45,504 bases of DNA. It comes from an uncultured Flavobacteriaceae bacterium (GTDB taxonomy: Bacteria; Bacteroidota; Bacteroidia; Flavobacteriales; Flavobacteriaceae). The stretch is taken from contig CAZGUB010000001.1 of assembly GCA_964528935.1 (NCBI GenBank), positions 1 through 45,504 on the forward strand, read 5' to 3'. Within the stretch, counting starts at the first letter, position 1. The number at the start of each line of letters is the position of its first letter. Under the pieces are notes generated by a model. It was not told where the DNA came from and searched no databases. It saw only the letters and a list, made by a program, of their open reading frames with translations. The position numbers and the translations under genes are program-made. Positions 35,837-45,417 of the stretch are shown in pieces.

Positions 35837-37060
35837 CTACATGCGGTAAATCCAACTGTTTGGATTCTGTGGAGTAGAGTTGTTGAAGACACTAAATTGC
35901 AAGGCAGTTTTACCCGTCTGTGGATGGGTAAAGACCTCCCCTATAGGTTGTTTGGCCTTTACTTTATCTCCTTTTTTTACATATACCTTGCCCATATTTT
36001 TGTAGGTGGTGATAAAATTCCCGTGGCGAATCAAAATGGTAGGATTACTGCCTTTAAAACTCAAAATGGTCATCACCTCTCCTTCGAAAACAGATCGGGC
36101 CACGGCATTGGGGGTGGTGGCAATGGTAACGCCATTGCTTTTGATCATGGTGGTTTTGACCACCGGATGGGGCTGGGTACCAAAACGCTGAACCACGACC
36201 CCTTTTTCTACCGGCCAGGGCAATTTGCCTTTGTTAGCCACAAAATTGGCGGCCAAAAGGCGGGCTTCGGGAGTTAGGGCAAAGCTAGTATTGGCCTTGT
36301 TTCCTGCGGCTTTATTGGAAGCGGCAATGGCCGTACGGATCAACCGTTCGATTTCTAGATCTATGGCTTCTGCCTTTTGTTGTTTTTGTTTGATCTCGCC
36401 GGCCAAAGAACGTGACCGTCTCTTCAAGCTGCTGATGAGTTTTTGCTGAGATTTACGTTCTTGTTCCAAGGCTTCTTGTATTTTTCTGTTTTCCTGCACC
36501 AAGGCCTCTTTTTGGGATTTTTGTTCCAAGAGGGTCTGGTTTAAGGCTTGTAGGGTTTGGGTTTTCAGGGCAATATCCTTCCCTTGCTTTTTTCTATAAT
36601 TGGCGTATTGCTTCATGTATTGAATCCGCTTGTAGGCTTGTAAAAAATCTTGTGAGGAAAACAGAAACATCAGGCGGTTTTGTGAAGACTTGCTTTTGTA
36701 TGATTTTCGAATCATCTCGGCATAGTCGTCTTTTAAAGCTTGAAGTTCCTTCCGCAGGTCGGAGATATTTCGCTGATTGACGTTGATTTGTCGGGTGAGC
36801 ATATTGGCTTGCTGGTTGTTGACTTTGACCAGGTCGCTTCTCACAGCAATTTTTACGTTGAGGTCTTCGACCTGCGACAATACTGATTTTTCTTTTTTGG
36901 TGTTTCTAAACAGCAAGGTGTTGATCTGTTTGATCTCTTCTTCCAGTCTTTTTTTCTGATTTTCTAAGGCTTTTTGACGGGCTTCATGGGTCTGTGCCCC
37001 ACCGAATGTGGAGGACAAGATGGCCAGGGTCAAAAATATCGGGAAAAAGCGATGCATCAC
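35837..37060 (-). CDS. EnvC-like murein hydrolase activator: coiled coil plus a degenerate (probably non-catalytic) LytM/M23 domain
   Basis: Long Q/K/E-rich coiled coil (aa ~25-250). In the C-terminal M23 fold the HxxxD position reads SNGVTI and the HxH position reads LQFSV. Confidence 0.8.
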   Translation of the reverse strand: MMHRFFPIFLTLAILSSTFGGAQTHEARQKALENQKKRLEEEIKQINTLLFRNTKKEKSVLSQVEDLNVKIAVRSDLVKVNNQQANMLTRQINVNQRNISDLRKELQALKDDYAEMIRKSYKSKSSQNRLMFLFSSQDFLQAYKRIQYMKQYANYRKKQGKDIALKTQTLQALNQTLLEQKSQKEALVQENRKIQEALEQERKSQQKLISSLKRRSRSLAGEIKQKQQKAEAIDLEIERLIRTAIAASNKAAGNKANTSFALTPEARLLAANFVANKGKLPWPVEKGVVVQRFGTQPHPVVKTTMIKSNGVTIATTPNAVARSVFEGEVMTILSFKGSNPTILIRHGNFITTYKNMGKVYVKKGDKVKAKQPIGEVFTHPQTGKTALQFSVFNNSTPQNPNSWIYRM

Positions 37061-37848
37061 ATTTCTATGGGTTGATATCCGTAGGGAATGTCAAAGGGCA
37101 AGCTGAGGCGGTCGGGAAAATCGGGGCGGGTGTATTCCAAGTCGACCTTTTTCAATTGGGTTCCGTCGAAAAGGGAAATCTCTATGGATCCGGGCACAAA
37201 TTCACCCTCCAGTTTTTGGTGGTTGAGGTATTTTATGGTCAGCGATTGCTGGGTGCCGGGGACCATAAAGCGTTGCTCCAGCAACAGAAAGCTATTGGGA
37301 TCGAAAAAAAAGGTGGGACGGAATCGCAATTTGGAAGATTTGGGGGTCAGGATATAATATTGGGGGTGAGAAACGGTCTCCCAACGGCCCTTACTGAGGT
37401 CGCTGAGGGGAAGCCCCATAAGAAGGTTTTGCAGGTCTTTGAACTCAAAGTTGGTGTTGAACTGACGGTTGATAAAAGTGAGGTCACCTTCAAAAAAGGT
37501 CTTTTGAAATCTCTCGTAGAACGCCACCTTGTCGGGTGTAATCAGTAGCTTGGCAATGGGTACCAGCATGTTGGCACTCATCCAGATGGATTTTGATTTT
37601 TCCATCCTGAGGTTGATGATGATCTGCTGTTTTCGCTTGCCATCGTTGTAGGTGGTTTTTACACGAGAACGGAACGTTTTGTATTTGACTTGGTTTTTGA
37701 CGATGGATTTGGTGAGTTCTTTGGCACCAATATCGGTGATGGGGGTTCTGCTGGGGGACAGTGCAGGTGCCTTGCAAGCCATCACCAAGAAGAACAGCAG
37801 TCCAATCAGGCCAAGCGATCGGAGAAAAAGTAAAGGATTGGGTTTCAT
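37057..37848 (-). CDS. Lipoprotein, DUF4292-like (LolB-like fold)
   Basis: Lipobox LFFLVMAC. About 260 aa. It sits between the nucleotidyltransferase and the M23/EnvC-like gene with 4-nt overlaps on both sides, a neighbourhood I recall as conserved in Bacteroidota. The family assignment is from memory only. Confidence 0.5.
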   Translation of the reverse strand: MKPNPLLFLRSLGLIGLLFFLVMACKAPALSPSRTPITDIGAKELTKSIVKNQVKYKTFRSRVKTTYNDGKRKQQIIINLRMEKSKSIWMSANMLVPIAKLLITPDKVAFYERFQKTFFEGDLTFINRQFNTNFEFKDLQNLLMGLPLSDLSKGRWETVSHPQYYILTPKSSKLRFRPTFFFDPNSFLLLEQRFMVPGTQQSLTIKYLNHQKLEGEFVPGSIEISLFDGTQLKKVDLEYTRPDFPDRLSLPFDIPYGYQPIEM

Positions 37849-38867
37849 GAGGGGGAGAGTTCTGAATAATCGCCCAGATTGACAAAATCGAATTGGCCGT
37901 TGTATTTCACAAAATTGCCCATCATGGCACCTTTGAGGTTGGCGTTCTGAATGTGGGTGTGTTTTTGTATCAGGCTGTTTTGGAGGCTGCTGTTTTCGAT
38001 TCGGCTTCCCGCTCCGATTGCGGTATGGGGACCTACTGTGGCGTTTTTCAATACCACACCCGGCCCGATATAGCAGGGGGGAATAATTTTACTGTTGTCC
38101 AATTCAAGGTCATCGGCCACCAGGGACTTGCCTTCTTGGGAGAGTATGTCGAGCATTTTGGCATTGGTCTGCAGCGTGATCTTGGGATTGCCACAGTCCA
38201 TCCATTGCTGAACTGTTCCGGGGGTAAAGACCGCGCCTTTTTCCATCATGGCGAGGATACCGTCGTTGAGCAAATATTCTTGTCCTTCAGCAAGGGGTTT
38301 GGCCATGACTTTTTGGAGCTCGGATTTGAGTACCGCAGCGTCTTTAAAATAATAGATGCCGATAACAGCCAAGTCGGAAACAAACTCTTGTGGTTTTTCG
38401 ACCAAGGCAGCGATATGCTGGTCTTCGTTGAGTTGAACAACCCCATAGGATTTGGGGTTTTCTACTTTTTTTACCCAAATCATGCCATCGACTTTGGGAT
38501 CTAGGGTGAGATCAGTACGGATGATGGCATCGGCATAAGCGACGATAATGGGTCCGGAAAGGGAATCGGCAGCACACATTACGGCATGGCCCGTTCCCAA
38601 AGGCTCCAATTGTCGATAAATGGAAGCTTTGGCCCCGAGCTTTTTGGCGACTTGGGTGAGTTGTTCTTCTATTTCGGCTCCAAAAAAAACGGGATCTCCG
38701 AGGATATAGGCGACTTCCTCTATGGGTTGTGCAACCACGCGGGCAATTTCTTCGACCAATTGGGCGACGATAGGGGCTCCGGCCACCGGCAACATGGGTT
38801 TGGGTATGGTGAGGCTGTGAGGTCTCAATCGTGAACCTCTTCCAGCCATAGGAACAATGATTTTCAA
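37845..38867 (-). CDS. Sugar-phosphate nucleotidyltransferase with a C-terminal left-handed beta-helix
   Basis: MKIIVPMAGRGSRLRPHSLTIPKPMLPVAG (the G-x-G-x-R-L signature). Hexapeptide-like C-terminus IGPGVVLKNATVGPHTAIGAGSRIENS. Confidence 0.8.
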   Translation of the reverse strand: MKIIVPMAGRGSRLRPHSLTIPKPMLPVAGAPIVAQLVEEIARVVAQPIEEVAYILGDPVFFGAEIEEQLTQVAKKLGAKASIYRQLEPLGTGHAVMCAADSLSGPIIVAYADAIIRTDLTLDPKVDGMIWVKKVENPKSYGVVQLNEDQHIAALVEKPQEFVSDLAVIGIYYFKDAAVLKSELQKVMAKPLAEGQEYLLNDGILAMMEKGAVFTPGTVQQWMDCGNPKITLQTNAKMLDILSQEGKSLVADDLELDNSKIIPPCYIGPGVVLKNATVGPHTAIGAGSRIENSSLQNSLIQKHTHIQNANLKGAMMGNFVKYNGQFDFVNLGDYSELSPS

Positions 38868-38904
38868 TTATTTAAACTTTATTTTATAAATCAATGGTTT
38901 AATT

Positions 38905-39342
38905 TTATTTTTCGCCAGTGCTTCCAAAACCTCCTGCTCCCCTTGTGGAGGTTGGAAGTTGGGACACTGGATCCCAAGCCACACTACTGTATTGTGCAAC
39001 AACCAGCTGGGCAATCCGATCGTTGGGGGCAATGGTAAATGGTTCGTGAGAGAGGTTGACCAAGATCACCCCGATGTCTCCTCGATAATCGGCGTCGATG
39101 GTTCCAGGGCTATTGAGGACGGTGATACCGTGTTTGGCGGCCAACCCACTTCGGGGCCGAACTTGGGCTTCGTAGCCTGCGGGTAAAGCGATAGACAAGC
39201 CTGTGGGAATCATCTTTCTTTCCAAAGAATTTAGGGTAATGGGGGAATCGATATGGGCGCGCAAGTCCATCCCTGCAGACATGGGGGTCGCCTGCTGTGG
39301 TAACTCTCCTTTTCCGGAATAGAGGACAGGAATTTTAATCAT
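38905..39342 (-). CDS. dut: dUTP diphosphatase
   Basis: AGMDLRA, RPRSGLAAKHGI, GTIDADYRGD, RGAGGFGSTG; 145 aa. Confidence 0.95.
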   Translation of the reverse strand: MIKIPVLYSGKGELPQQATPMSAGMDLRAHIDSPITLNSLERKMIPTGLSIALPAGYEAQVRPRSGLAAKHGITVLNSPGTIDADYRGDIGVILVNLSHEPFTIAPNDRIAQLVVAQYSSVAWDPVSQLPTSTRGAGGFGSTGEK

Positions 39343-39474
39343 TACAAAGGTTTATTCAAAAATACGAAAAGCACCCCGATCCCCAGCGTATGGAGTCAAT
39401 GTTAATGTTTTTTTAAGATTTGTTATTGCCCAAGCGGGCGCAAAAATCCGGGGTAATAAATCGGCAAGGGGCTG

Positions 39475-40575
39475 TCAATAGTTTTGAAGCAAGGCCAAAA
39501 TTTGTTCCCGAGAGAGGCGGATAAAAGCGTTTTGGGTATAATCGTCTTTTTCGAAAAAAACACCCAAATCATTGTTTTCCAAAAGGCAAATGGCTGCATA
39601 GGCTGCAGAGCCAGTGTAGATGGTTTGGGAAATGGGCCAAGTTTTGCCGTCGTCTTTGCTAATTCTCAGAGTAAGGTTTTTGCGGTCGGTGGGGTGGTTG
39701 GCGTTGACAAACAACAGATAGCCGGGGTTGAGGTTTTGTGGATCGGGAGTCCATCTGATGATTCCTGCGTTGCAAGCGGGATCAACGAGCTGGTCATCGC
39801 GATATGTGGTCCAAGTTTTGCCTTGATCGGCAGAGCGGTGAATCTGCCTAAAGCCTTTTTGGTTGACCCGGGAGTTGACCATCCAGCTGCCGTCACCGGC
39901 TTGTACGACCTTGGACTCATCCCCTGGGATCAAGGGATAGTCGATCAGTTGCCAGCTACTGCCGTGGTCATCGCTCTTGAAAAGATGCAGGCCGTTGTTG
40001 AGATTTACCAAGGTATGCAACAGGGTTCCCTCTCGGGTTTGGATGCCCCTACCGGAGGTAATGAATTTGAAGTCGTGGTGCCACTGTGACTTGGAGACTT
40101 GGTCGGTGATGTCGACGGGTTGGGACCAGGTCTTTCCGTTGTTTCGACTTTTGACGTATTTCAGATAGTAGATTTGGGACTCACGATCGAGATCCATATA
40201 ATTGAAGAACATAAAAATGGTCTGGGTGTCTCGGTCAACGATCATGGAAGGATCGGAGGCCGATTGCCCTTCAGGATAGTCGACAATGGTTTGAATGGGG
40301 GTCCAGGTTTTTCCGTTGTCACTACTGCGGCGCCCAATGATGTTGATGTTTTTGTTGTCCCGAAGGTCGGCGCAAGAGGGAATTCGCTCATCGATGACGG
40401 CGACCAAGTCGCCGTTGGGTGCTGAAACAATTGCGGGAATTCTGTAACAGGCAATGTGGTCTTGACGGGGAAAGAGGTCGATAAATTCAGTCTCTTGTGA
40501 AAATGCCAGCCCACCACAAAGCAGGGTTACGACCATCGTCCGTCTCAGGATTCGTATTGTTTTATGAATAATCAT
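39475..40575 (-). CDS. Secreted exo-alpha-sialidase (GH33-type, BNR/Asp-box beta-propeller)
   Basis: Signal peptide MIIHKTIRILRRTMVVTLLCGGLAFSQ. RIP motif CYRIPAIV. Five Asp-boxes: SSDNGKTW, SRNNGKTW, SDDHGSSW, SADQGKTW, SKDDGKTW. Confidence 0.9.
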   Translation of the reverse strand: MIIHKTIRILRRTMVVTLLCGGLAFSQETEFIDLFPRQDHIACYRIPAIVSAPNGDLVAVIDERIPSCADLRDNKNINIIGRRSSDNGKTWTPIQTIVDYPEGQSASDPSMIVDRDTQTIFMFFNYMDLDRESQIYYLKYVKSRNNGKTWSQPVDITDQVSKSQWHHDFKFITSGRGIQTREGTLLHTLVNLNNGLHLFKSDDHGSSWQLIDYPLIPGDESKVVQAGDGSWMVNSRVNQKGFRQIHRSADQGKTWTTYRDDQLVDPACNAGIIRWTPDPQNLNPGYLLFVNANHPTDRKNLTLRISKDDGKTWPISQTIYTGSAAYAAICLLENNDLGVFFEKDDYTQNAFIRLSREQILALLQNY

Positions 40576-40631
40576 GTGTGGATATTTTTGGTTCAGACCA
40601 GTGGCTATAGGGTTTTGGACAAGGATGGTGA

Positions 40632-41744
40632 TTATACTTTAATAAAGGTTTTGTTTTTGTACATGTACCACAACAAAAGATAAAGCAGGCCAAAACCACC
40701 GATAACAGTAATCAACTCATAATATTTACCGGTGTAGGGAGCCAATCCATAGAGGACAAAGTCTACGATTTTGGGAAAAGGAAAAACATGGGTGATGACA
40801 TAGGCCGTAATGGCGTTCCTACCGATGATCTTGAGAAAAAAGGCCCATTTGTATTGTTGTTTTACGTCTATGATCCAATAAAAAATAGCCAGCAAGAGGT
40901 AACAAATTCCGGAAGAAACCAACACAAAAGAGGAGGACCAAATTTTCTTTACGACGGGGTGCCAAGGGTTGGCCAGGATTCCTGTGCCAACAAAAACCGC
41001 CCCCAGGAGGAGCAAAGTTTTGAAAACTTTTGTTCTGTCTTTGCTGTTTTTAATCCGTTCGCCCGCAAAGAGTCCCGAGAGGGTGGTGGCCGTAAACCCC
41101 AGTCCGGTCAACAACCAAGTGTATTGTTTACCATCGTCAAAAGATCCGAAAACCAAATGATCGACATACAAAGCAAAGTTGACGTCGGGGGCAAGGGTGC
41201 TTCTTCCTATTCCGGGGATCACCGGCAGGGTGAGCAATATTGCATAGAGCATCAGGCAGCCCACAAATAGCAGATAGCGATGGAAGGGCTTTAGGTAGAG
41301 ATAAGCCAAGGATGTAAATATATAGCCTACGGCAATGGCCTGTAGGGTGTTGCTGAATATTTTGAAAGTAGAAAGGTCAAAGTCCAGAAGGTTGCCCTGA
41401 ACGATCCACCCCAAGAAAAAAAGGATTAAAAATCGTTGCAGCAGTTTGGGAAACAAGCTGCTTTTGGGGGTATCACTTTGCATACGCTTGGACAGGGAAA
41501 ACGGGATAACGGCGCCCACCACAAACAAAAATAAGGGCATGATGATGTCGTAAAACCTGAATCCAAACCACTGGGGATGGGAAAACTGTAAAGCCAATGC
41601 CTCGGTAAAATTACTTCCTGCACCTTCGTGCAATTTGGAAAAAAACTGATCGGCAAAAACGATCATCAGCATATCAAAGCCGCGCAGGGCATCAATGGAA
41701 CGAATGCGGTACTCGGAAACGGCCGTAGGGGTCATGTTGCGCAT
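40632..41744 (-). CDS. Polytopic membrane acyltransferase-like protein (HGSNAT/DUF1624/DUF5009-like)
   Basis: N-terminal RIRSIDALRGFDMLMIVFADQF, followed by roughly 10 hydrophobic helices; 370 aa. Confidence 0.6.
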   Translation of the reverse strand: MRNMTPTAVSEYRIRSIDALRGFDMLMIVFADQFFSKLHEGAGSNFTEALALQFSHPQWFGFRFYDIIMPLFLFVVGAVIPFSLSKRMQSDTPKSSLFPKLLQRFLILFFLGWIVQGNLLDFDLSTFKIFSNTLQAIAVGYIFTSLAYLYLKPFHRYLLFVGCLMLYAILLTLPVIPGIGRSTLAPDVNFALYVDHLVFGSFDDGKQYTWLLTGLGFTATTLSGLFAGERIKNSKDRTKVFKTLLLLGAVFVGTGILANPWHPVVKKIWSSSFVLVSSGICYLLLAIFYWIIDVKQQYKWAFFLKIIGRNAITAYVITHVFPFPKIVDFVLYGLAPYTGKYYELITVIGGFGLLYLLLWYMYKNKTFIKV

Positions 41745-41877
41745 ATTAATTCCAATAAATGTATTAAAAAAATCAAAACCCTGCTGTTTGTTCCCCTCCC
41801 TTAAAAGGAGGGCGCATAGGCAGGTCCTATGATCGCGGGTTGTGATCGGAAAAGGTAAAATTGCGTTTTGTTGAGGA

Positions 41878-42741
41878 CTACTGGTTCAAGGCCTCTGCCC
41901 CGCCTACAATTTCGAGGATTTCGTTGGTTATGGCGGCTTGTCGGGCTTTGTTGTAGGTGAGTTTGAGTTGGTCTCTGAGCTCGGTGGCGTTGTCGGTGGC
42001 TTTGTGCATGGCGGTCATACGGGCACCGTGTTCACTGGCAAAAGAGTCTCTAAGGGCTTTGAAGAGTTGCATCTTCAGTGACTTGGGCAACAATTCGTTT
42101 ACGATGGCCGCTTGTGAGGGTTCGTATATATAATCTGCCGGAGCCTGCTGTAGGGTGTTTTCCTCGGACACTATGGGCAGGAATTGCTCTACCGTTACAA
42201 TTTGTGTGGCGGCATTTTTGAACTGATTGTAGACCAACAAAACTTTGTCATACTGGCCTTGGGCAAAGGCGTCCATGGCCCTTACAGCGATCTGGGAGGC
42301 ATTGCCAAAATTGAGGTCATCGTAGATGGCATCGTGACGGCTTTTGAGGGTCAAGGATTTGGAAAGGATGTCTGTTCCTTTTTTCCCGATCCCCATAAAT
42401 TCAATGTTTTTTCCAACATGGTCTTCCTTGGCAAGCCTGAGGGTTTCTTTTACGATGTTGGAGTTAAACGCCCCGCACAAGCCCCTGTTGGAAGTGATGG
42501 CGATGAGGAGTATTTTTTCCTCGGATCGCCGGATTGTATAGGGGTTTTGCCCATCGCCGTCTAGGCTTCCGCTAAGGTTTTGTATCAGCTCTGTGAGCTT
42601 GTTGGCATACGGCCGCATAGCGGTAATGGCGTCCTGTGCCTTCTTCAGTTTTGCAGCAGAGACCATTTTCATGGCACTGGTGATCTGCATGGTCGAAGAG
42701 ACAGAGGCAATACGGTTTCGTATTTCTTTTAGGTTGGCCAT
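41878..42741 (-). CDS. atpG: F1 ATP synthase gamma subunit
   Basis: MANLKEIRNRIASVSSTMQITSAMKMVSAAKL... and the C-terminus ARQAAITNEILEIVGGAEAL. Confidence 0.97.
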   Translation of the reverse strand: MANLKEIRNRIASVSSTMQITSAMKMVSAAKLKKAQDAITAMRPYANKLTELIQNLSGSLDGDGQNPYTIRRSEEKILLIAITSNRGLCGAFNSNIVKETLRLAKEDHVGKNIEFMGIGKKGTDILSKSLTLKSRHDAIYDDLNFGNASQIAVRAMDAFAQGQYDKVLLVYNQFKNAATQIVTVEQFLPIVSEENTLQQAPADYIYEPSQAAIVNELLPKSLKMQLFKALRDSFASEHGARMTAMHKATDNATELRDQLKLTYNKARQAAITNEILEIVGGAEALNQ

Positions 42742-44319
42742 CTATTCGAATGCTTTGGAGGTTTCTTGGGCCACGGCGTTGAGGGTGTCGAGTACGTTGT
42801 CGGTCAACTTTCCGGCTTTGAGTTCTGCCAAGACCTTTTTGTGTTTCTTTTTTAGGGTGGCCAAAAAAGCGGTTTCGAATGCTTTGACTTTTTCAACGGG
42901 CACATTTCTGAGCAGGTTTTTTGAACCTGCATAGATGATGGCGACTTGTTCCTCTACAGTAAAAGGGTCGTTTTGTGCTTGTTTAAGAATTTCTACGTTA
43001 CGTCGTCCTTTTTCGATCACGTTGAGGGTGGCGGCATCTAGATCGGAGCCGAACTTGGCAAAGGCCTCCAACTCGCGAAATTGTGCTTGGTCGAGTTTTA
43101 GGGTTCCAGCCACTTTTTTCATGGATTTGATCTGCGCAGATCCCCCTACTCTGGATACAGAAATCCCCACGTTGATCGCTGGACGTACCCCAGAGTTGAA
43201 GAGGTCTGACTCCAAGAATATCTGACCATCGGTAATGGAAATTACGTTGGTCGGGATATAGGCCGAAACATCTCCTGCCTGGGTTTCGATAATGGGCAAA
43301 GCGGTGAGAGATCCTCCTCCTTTTACTTTGTCCTTGAGGGAATCGGGCAGGTCGTTCATGCCTTTGGCAATGTCGTCGTCGGCAATGACTTTTGCAGCGC
43401 GTTCAAGGAGTCTGGAGTGGAGATAGAAAACGTCTCCAGGGTAGGCTTCTCGTCCGGGTGGACGACGAAGTAAGAGGGAAACTTCTCTATAGGCAACGGC
43501 TTGTTTGGACAGGTCGTCGTATATGATCAAAGCCGGGCGACCGGTATCTCTAAAATATTCTCCGATGGCAGCACCGGCAAAGGGTGCGTAAACTTGCATG
43601 GGAGCAGGGTCGGAGGCGTTGGCCGCGACAATGGTGGTGTAGGCCAAGGCTCCTTTGTCTTCCAATATTTTTGAAATTCCGGCAACGGTGGAGGCCTTTT
43701 GTCCTACAGCCACATAAATACAATATACGGGCTCGCCGGCATCATAAAATTCTTTTTGGTTGAGGATGGTATCGATACACACAGTGGTCTTTCCGGTTTG
43801 ACGGTCGCCAATAACCAATTCCCTTTGTCCTCTCCCCACGGGAATCATGGCATCGATGGATTTGATCCCGGTTTGGAGGGGTTCGTTTACGGGTTGTCTA
43901 AAGATGACCCCGGGGGCTTTACGCTCGAGTGGCATCTGGTAGGTTTCTCCTTCTATGGGTCCTTTACCGTCTATAGGGTTTCCAAGGGTGTCTACCACCC
44001 TGCCCACTATGCCCTCGCCAACATTAATGGAGGCGATTTTTTTGGTGCGTTTTACGGTATTTCCTTCTTTGATTTCCTTGGAGGGGCCCAGGAGTACGAC
44101 CCCGACGTTGTCTTCTTCAAGGTTGAGTACCATCCCATCCATTCCGTTTTCGAAAGTGACGAGCTCGCCATATTCGGCATGGGTCAGACCATAGACTCTG
44201 GCAATTCCGTCTCCTACTTCGAGTACGGTTCCCACCTCGTCCAAAGAAGCGGTGGCTTCAAATCCTGCCAATTGATTTTTTAGTATTGCTGACACTTCAG
44301 CGGGCTTCACATCTGCCAT
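42742..44319 (-). CDS. atpA: F1 ATP synthase alpha subunit
   Basis: Walker A GDRQTGKT; 525 aa; the stop abuts the atpG start. Confidence 0.98.
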   Translation of the reverse strand: MADVKPAEVSAILKNQLAGFEATASLDEVGTVLEVGDGIARVYGLTHAEYGELVTFENGMDGMVLNLEEDNVGVVLLGPSKEIKEGNTVKRTKKIASINVGEGIVGRVVDTLGNPIDGKGPIEGETYQMPLERKAPGVIFRQPVNEPLQTGIKSIDAMIPVGRGQRELVIGDRQTGKTTVCIDTILNQKEFYDAGEPVYCIYVAVGQKASTVAGISKILEDKGALAYTTIVAANASDPAPMQVYAPFAGAAIGEYFRDTGRPALIIYDDLSKQAVAYREVSLLLRRPPGREAYPGDVFYLHSRLLERAAKVIADDDIAKGMNDLPDSLKDKVKGGGSLTALPIIETQAGDVSAYIPTNVISITDGQIFLESDLFNSGVRPAINVGISVSRVGGSAQIKSMKKVAGTLKLDQAQFRELEAFAKFGSDLDAATLNVIEKGRRNVEILKQAQNDPFTVEEQVAIIYAGSKNLLRNVPVEKVKAFETAFLATLKKKHKKVLAELKAGKLTDNVLDTLNAVAQETSKAFE

Positions 44320-44334
44320 GATTTTTTTTTACAG

Positions 44335-44871
44335 TTAGGGTGTGATTAATTCTCTTTTTAAGGTTTCCAAGCGATTGGCTAAGCTGGCGTTGTATTGCAG
44401 ATCTCCTACCCTAAGGATGAATCCTCCTTTTATGTCGGGATCTACGATGTTTTTCAATTCAATTTTGAACGGGGTCAAGGCACCGGCTTTTTTGAGTACT
44501 TCTTTTTCCAAAGGTTCCGTGAGGGGAACGGCGGTGGTTACGGTGGCCGGCATTATGCCTTGGTGTTTGTCGTAGAGCTGAACAAACTGGCTGGCTACAG
44601 CCCCCAAGATTCCTTCGCGGTTGTTTTGGGCCAACAAATCAAAGAGGCGTTGGGTCGTTTTGGAGGTATTGGAAAAGACCGCTCCGATAATCTTTCTTTT
44701 TTGGGATCCAGGCAAAACAGGGCTACTCAAAGCTTCTTGCAACTCGGGGTTGCTTTCCATGGTAGAAAGGATGGTATGCATTTCCTCTACCACCGATTTT
44801 TCCTTTTGATTTTCTAAAGCAAATTCCAAAAGTGCTTTGGCATAGCGTATAGAGGCTCTTCCTACTTTCAT
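44335..44871 (-). CDS. atpH: F1 ATP synthase delta (OSCP) subunit
   Basis: 178 aa, RYAKALLEFALE N-terminus, located between atpF and atpA. Confidence 0.9.
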   Translation of the reverse strand: MKVGRASIRYAKALLEFALENQKEKSVVEEMHTILSTMESNPELQEALSSPVLPGSQKRKIIGAVFSNTSKTTQRLFDLLAQNNREGILGAVASQFVQLYDKHQGIMPATVTTAVPLTEPLEKEVLKKAGALTPFKIELKNIVDPDIKGGFILRVGDLQYNASLANRLETLKRELITP

Positions 44872-44874
44872 GGT

Positions 44875-45372
44875 CTAAAGGTCGGCGTCTTTTAATAGTT
44901 TTTCGACCAGTTGGGCTTGCTTGTCTTTGCTTTGTAGTTCGGAATCGATGACTTTTTCCGCAATCTCTAAAGAAATTTGTCCCACTTGGTTTTTGAGCTC
45001 GTTGATGGCGGCACGTTTTTCATTTTGGATGGCTTCCTGTGCCTGGGCGATGATCTTGTCCGCTTCGGCTTTGGCATCGGCTTTGGCTTGGGCAACAATT
45101 TCAGCACCATTGGTTCGGGCTTCCTTGAGGAGTGCCTCTCGCTCTGCTCGGGCTTCTTTGAGTACCTTTTGGTTGTCTTCCTGTATGGAAGCCATTTCTT
45201 TTTTGGCTTCCTCGGCCGCATTCATGGCGTCTTTGATAGAGGATTCTCTTTCGTTGACGGCATCCAAAATGGGTTTCCATGCAAATTTTCTGAGCAATAG
45301 AATCAGCCCAATGAAAATAAGCAGTTGCCAAAAAAACAGACCAAATGAAAATTCATTGATTAATTTTTCCAT
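44875..45372 (-). CDS. atpF: F0 ATP synthase subunit b
   Basis: Single N-terminal TM helix FWQLLIFIGLILLL, then a long charged helix (AEEAKKEMASIQEDNQKVLKEARAEREALLKEAR). Confidence 0.9.
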   Translation of the reverse strand: MEKLINEFSFGLFFWQLLIFIGLILLLRKFAWKPILDAVNERESSIKDAMNAAEEAKKEMASIQEDNQKVLKEARAEREALLKEARTNGAEIVAQAKADAKAEADKIIAQAQEAIQNEKRAAINELKNQVGQISLEIAEKVIDSELQSKDKQAQLVEKLLKDADL

Positions 45373-45417
45373 TCTTTAAGATTTAAACCGAACGAACGGG
45401 TTGCGCATTTACGATTT

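Noticed and set aside
41794-41812. The hairpin ccctcc-N7-ggaggg downstream of atpG, considered as an intrinsic terminator.
   Set aside because: It has only a 6-bp stem. On the transcribed (minus) strand it is followed by aacaaacagcaggg rather than an immediate U-tract, so it does not meet a canonical terminator pattern.
20812-45379. Numerous 60-200 aa track ORFs overlapping the annotated genes on the opposite strand or in alternative frames. Examples are 29491..29991+ (Arg-rich, inside recA), 26120..26554+, 36994..37548+, 39484..40089+, 43699..44283+ and 44921..45379+.
   Set aside because: Each lies entirely within a longer ORF that has clear family signatures. Their compositions (Arg/Pro/Gly-rich or low complexity) are what off-frame translation of moderately GC-rich coding DNA produces. 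None has a motif or signal peptide of its own.
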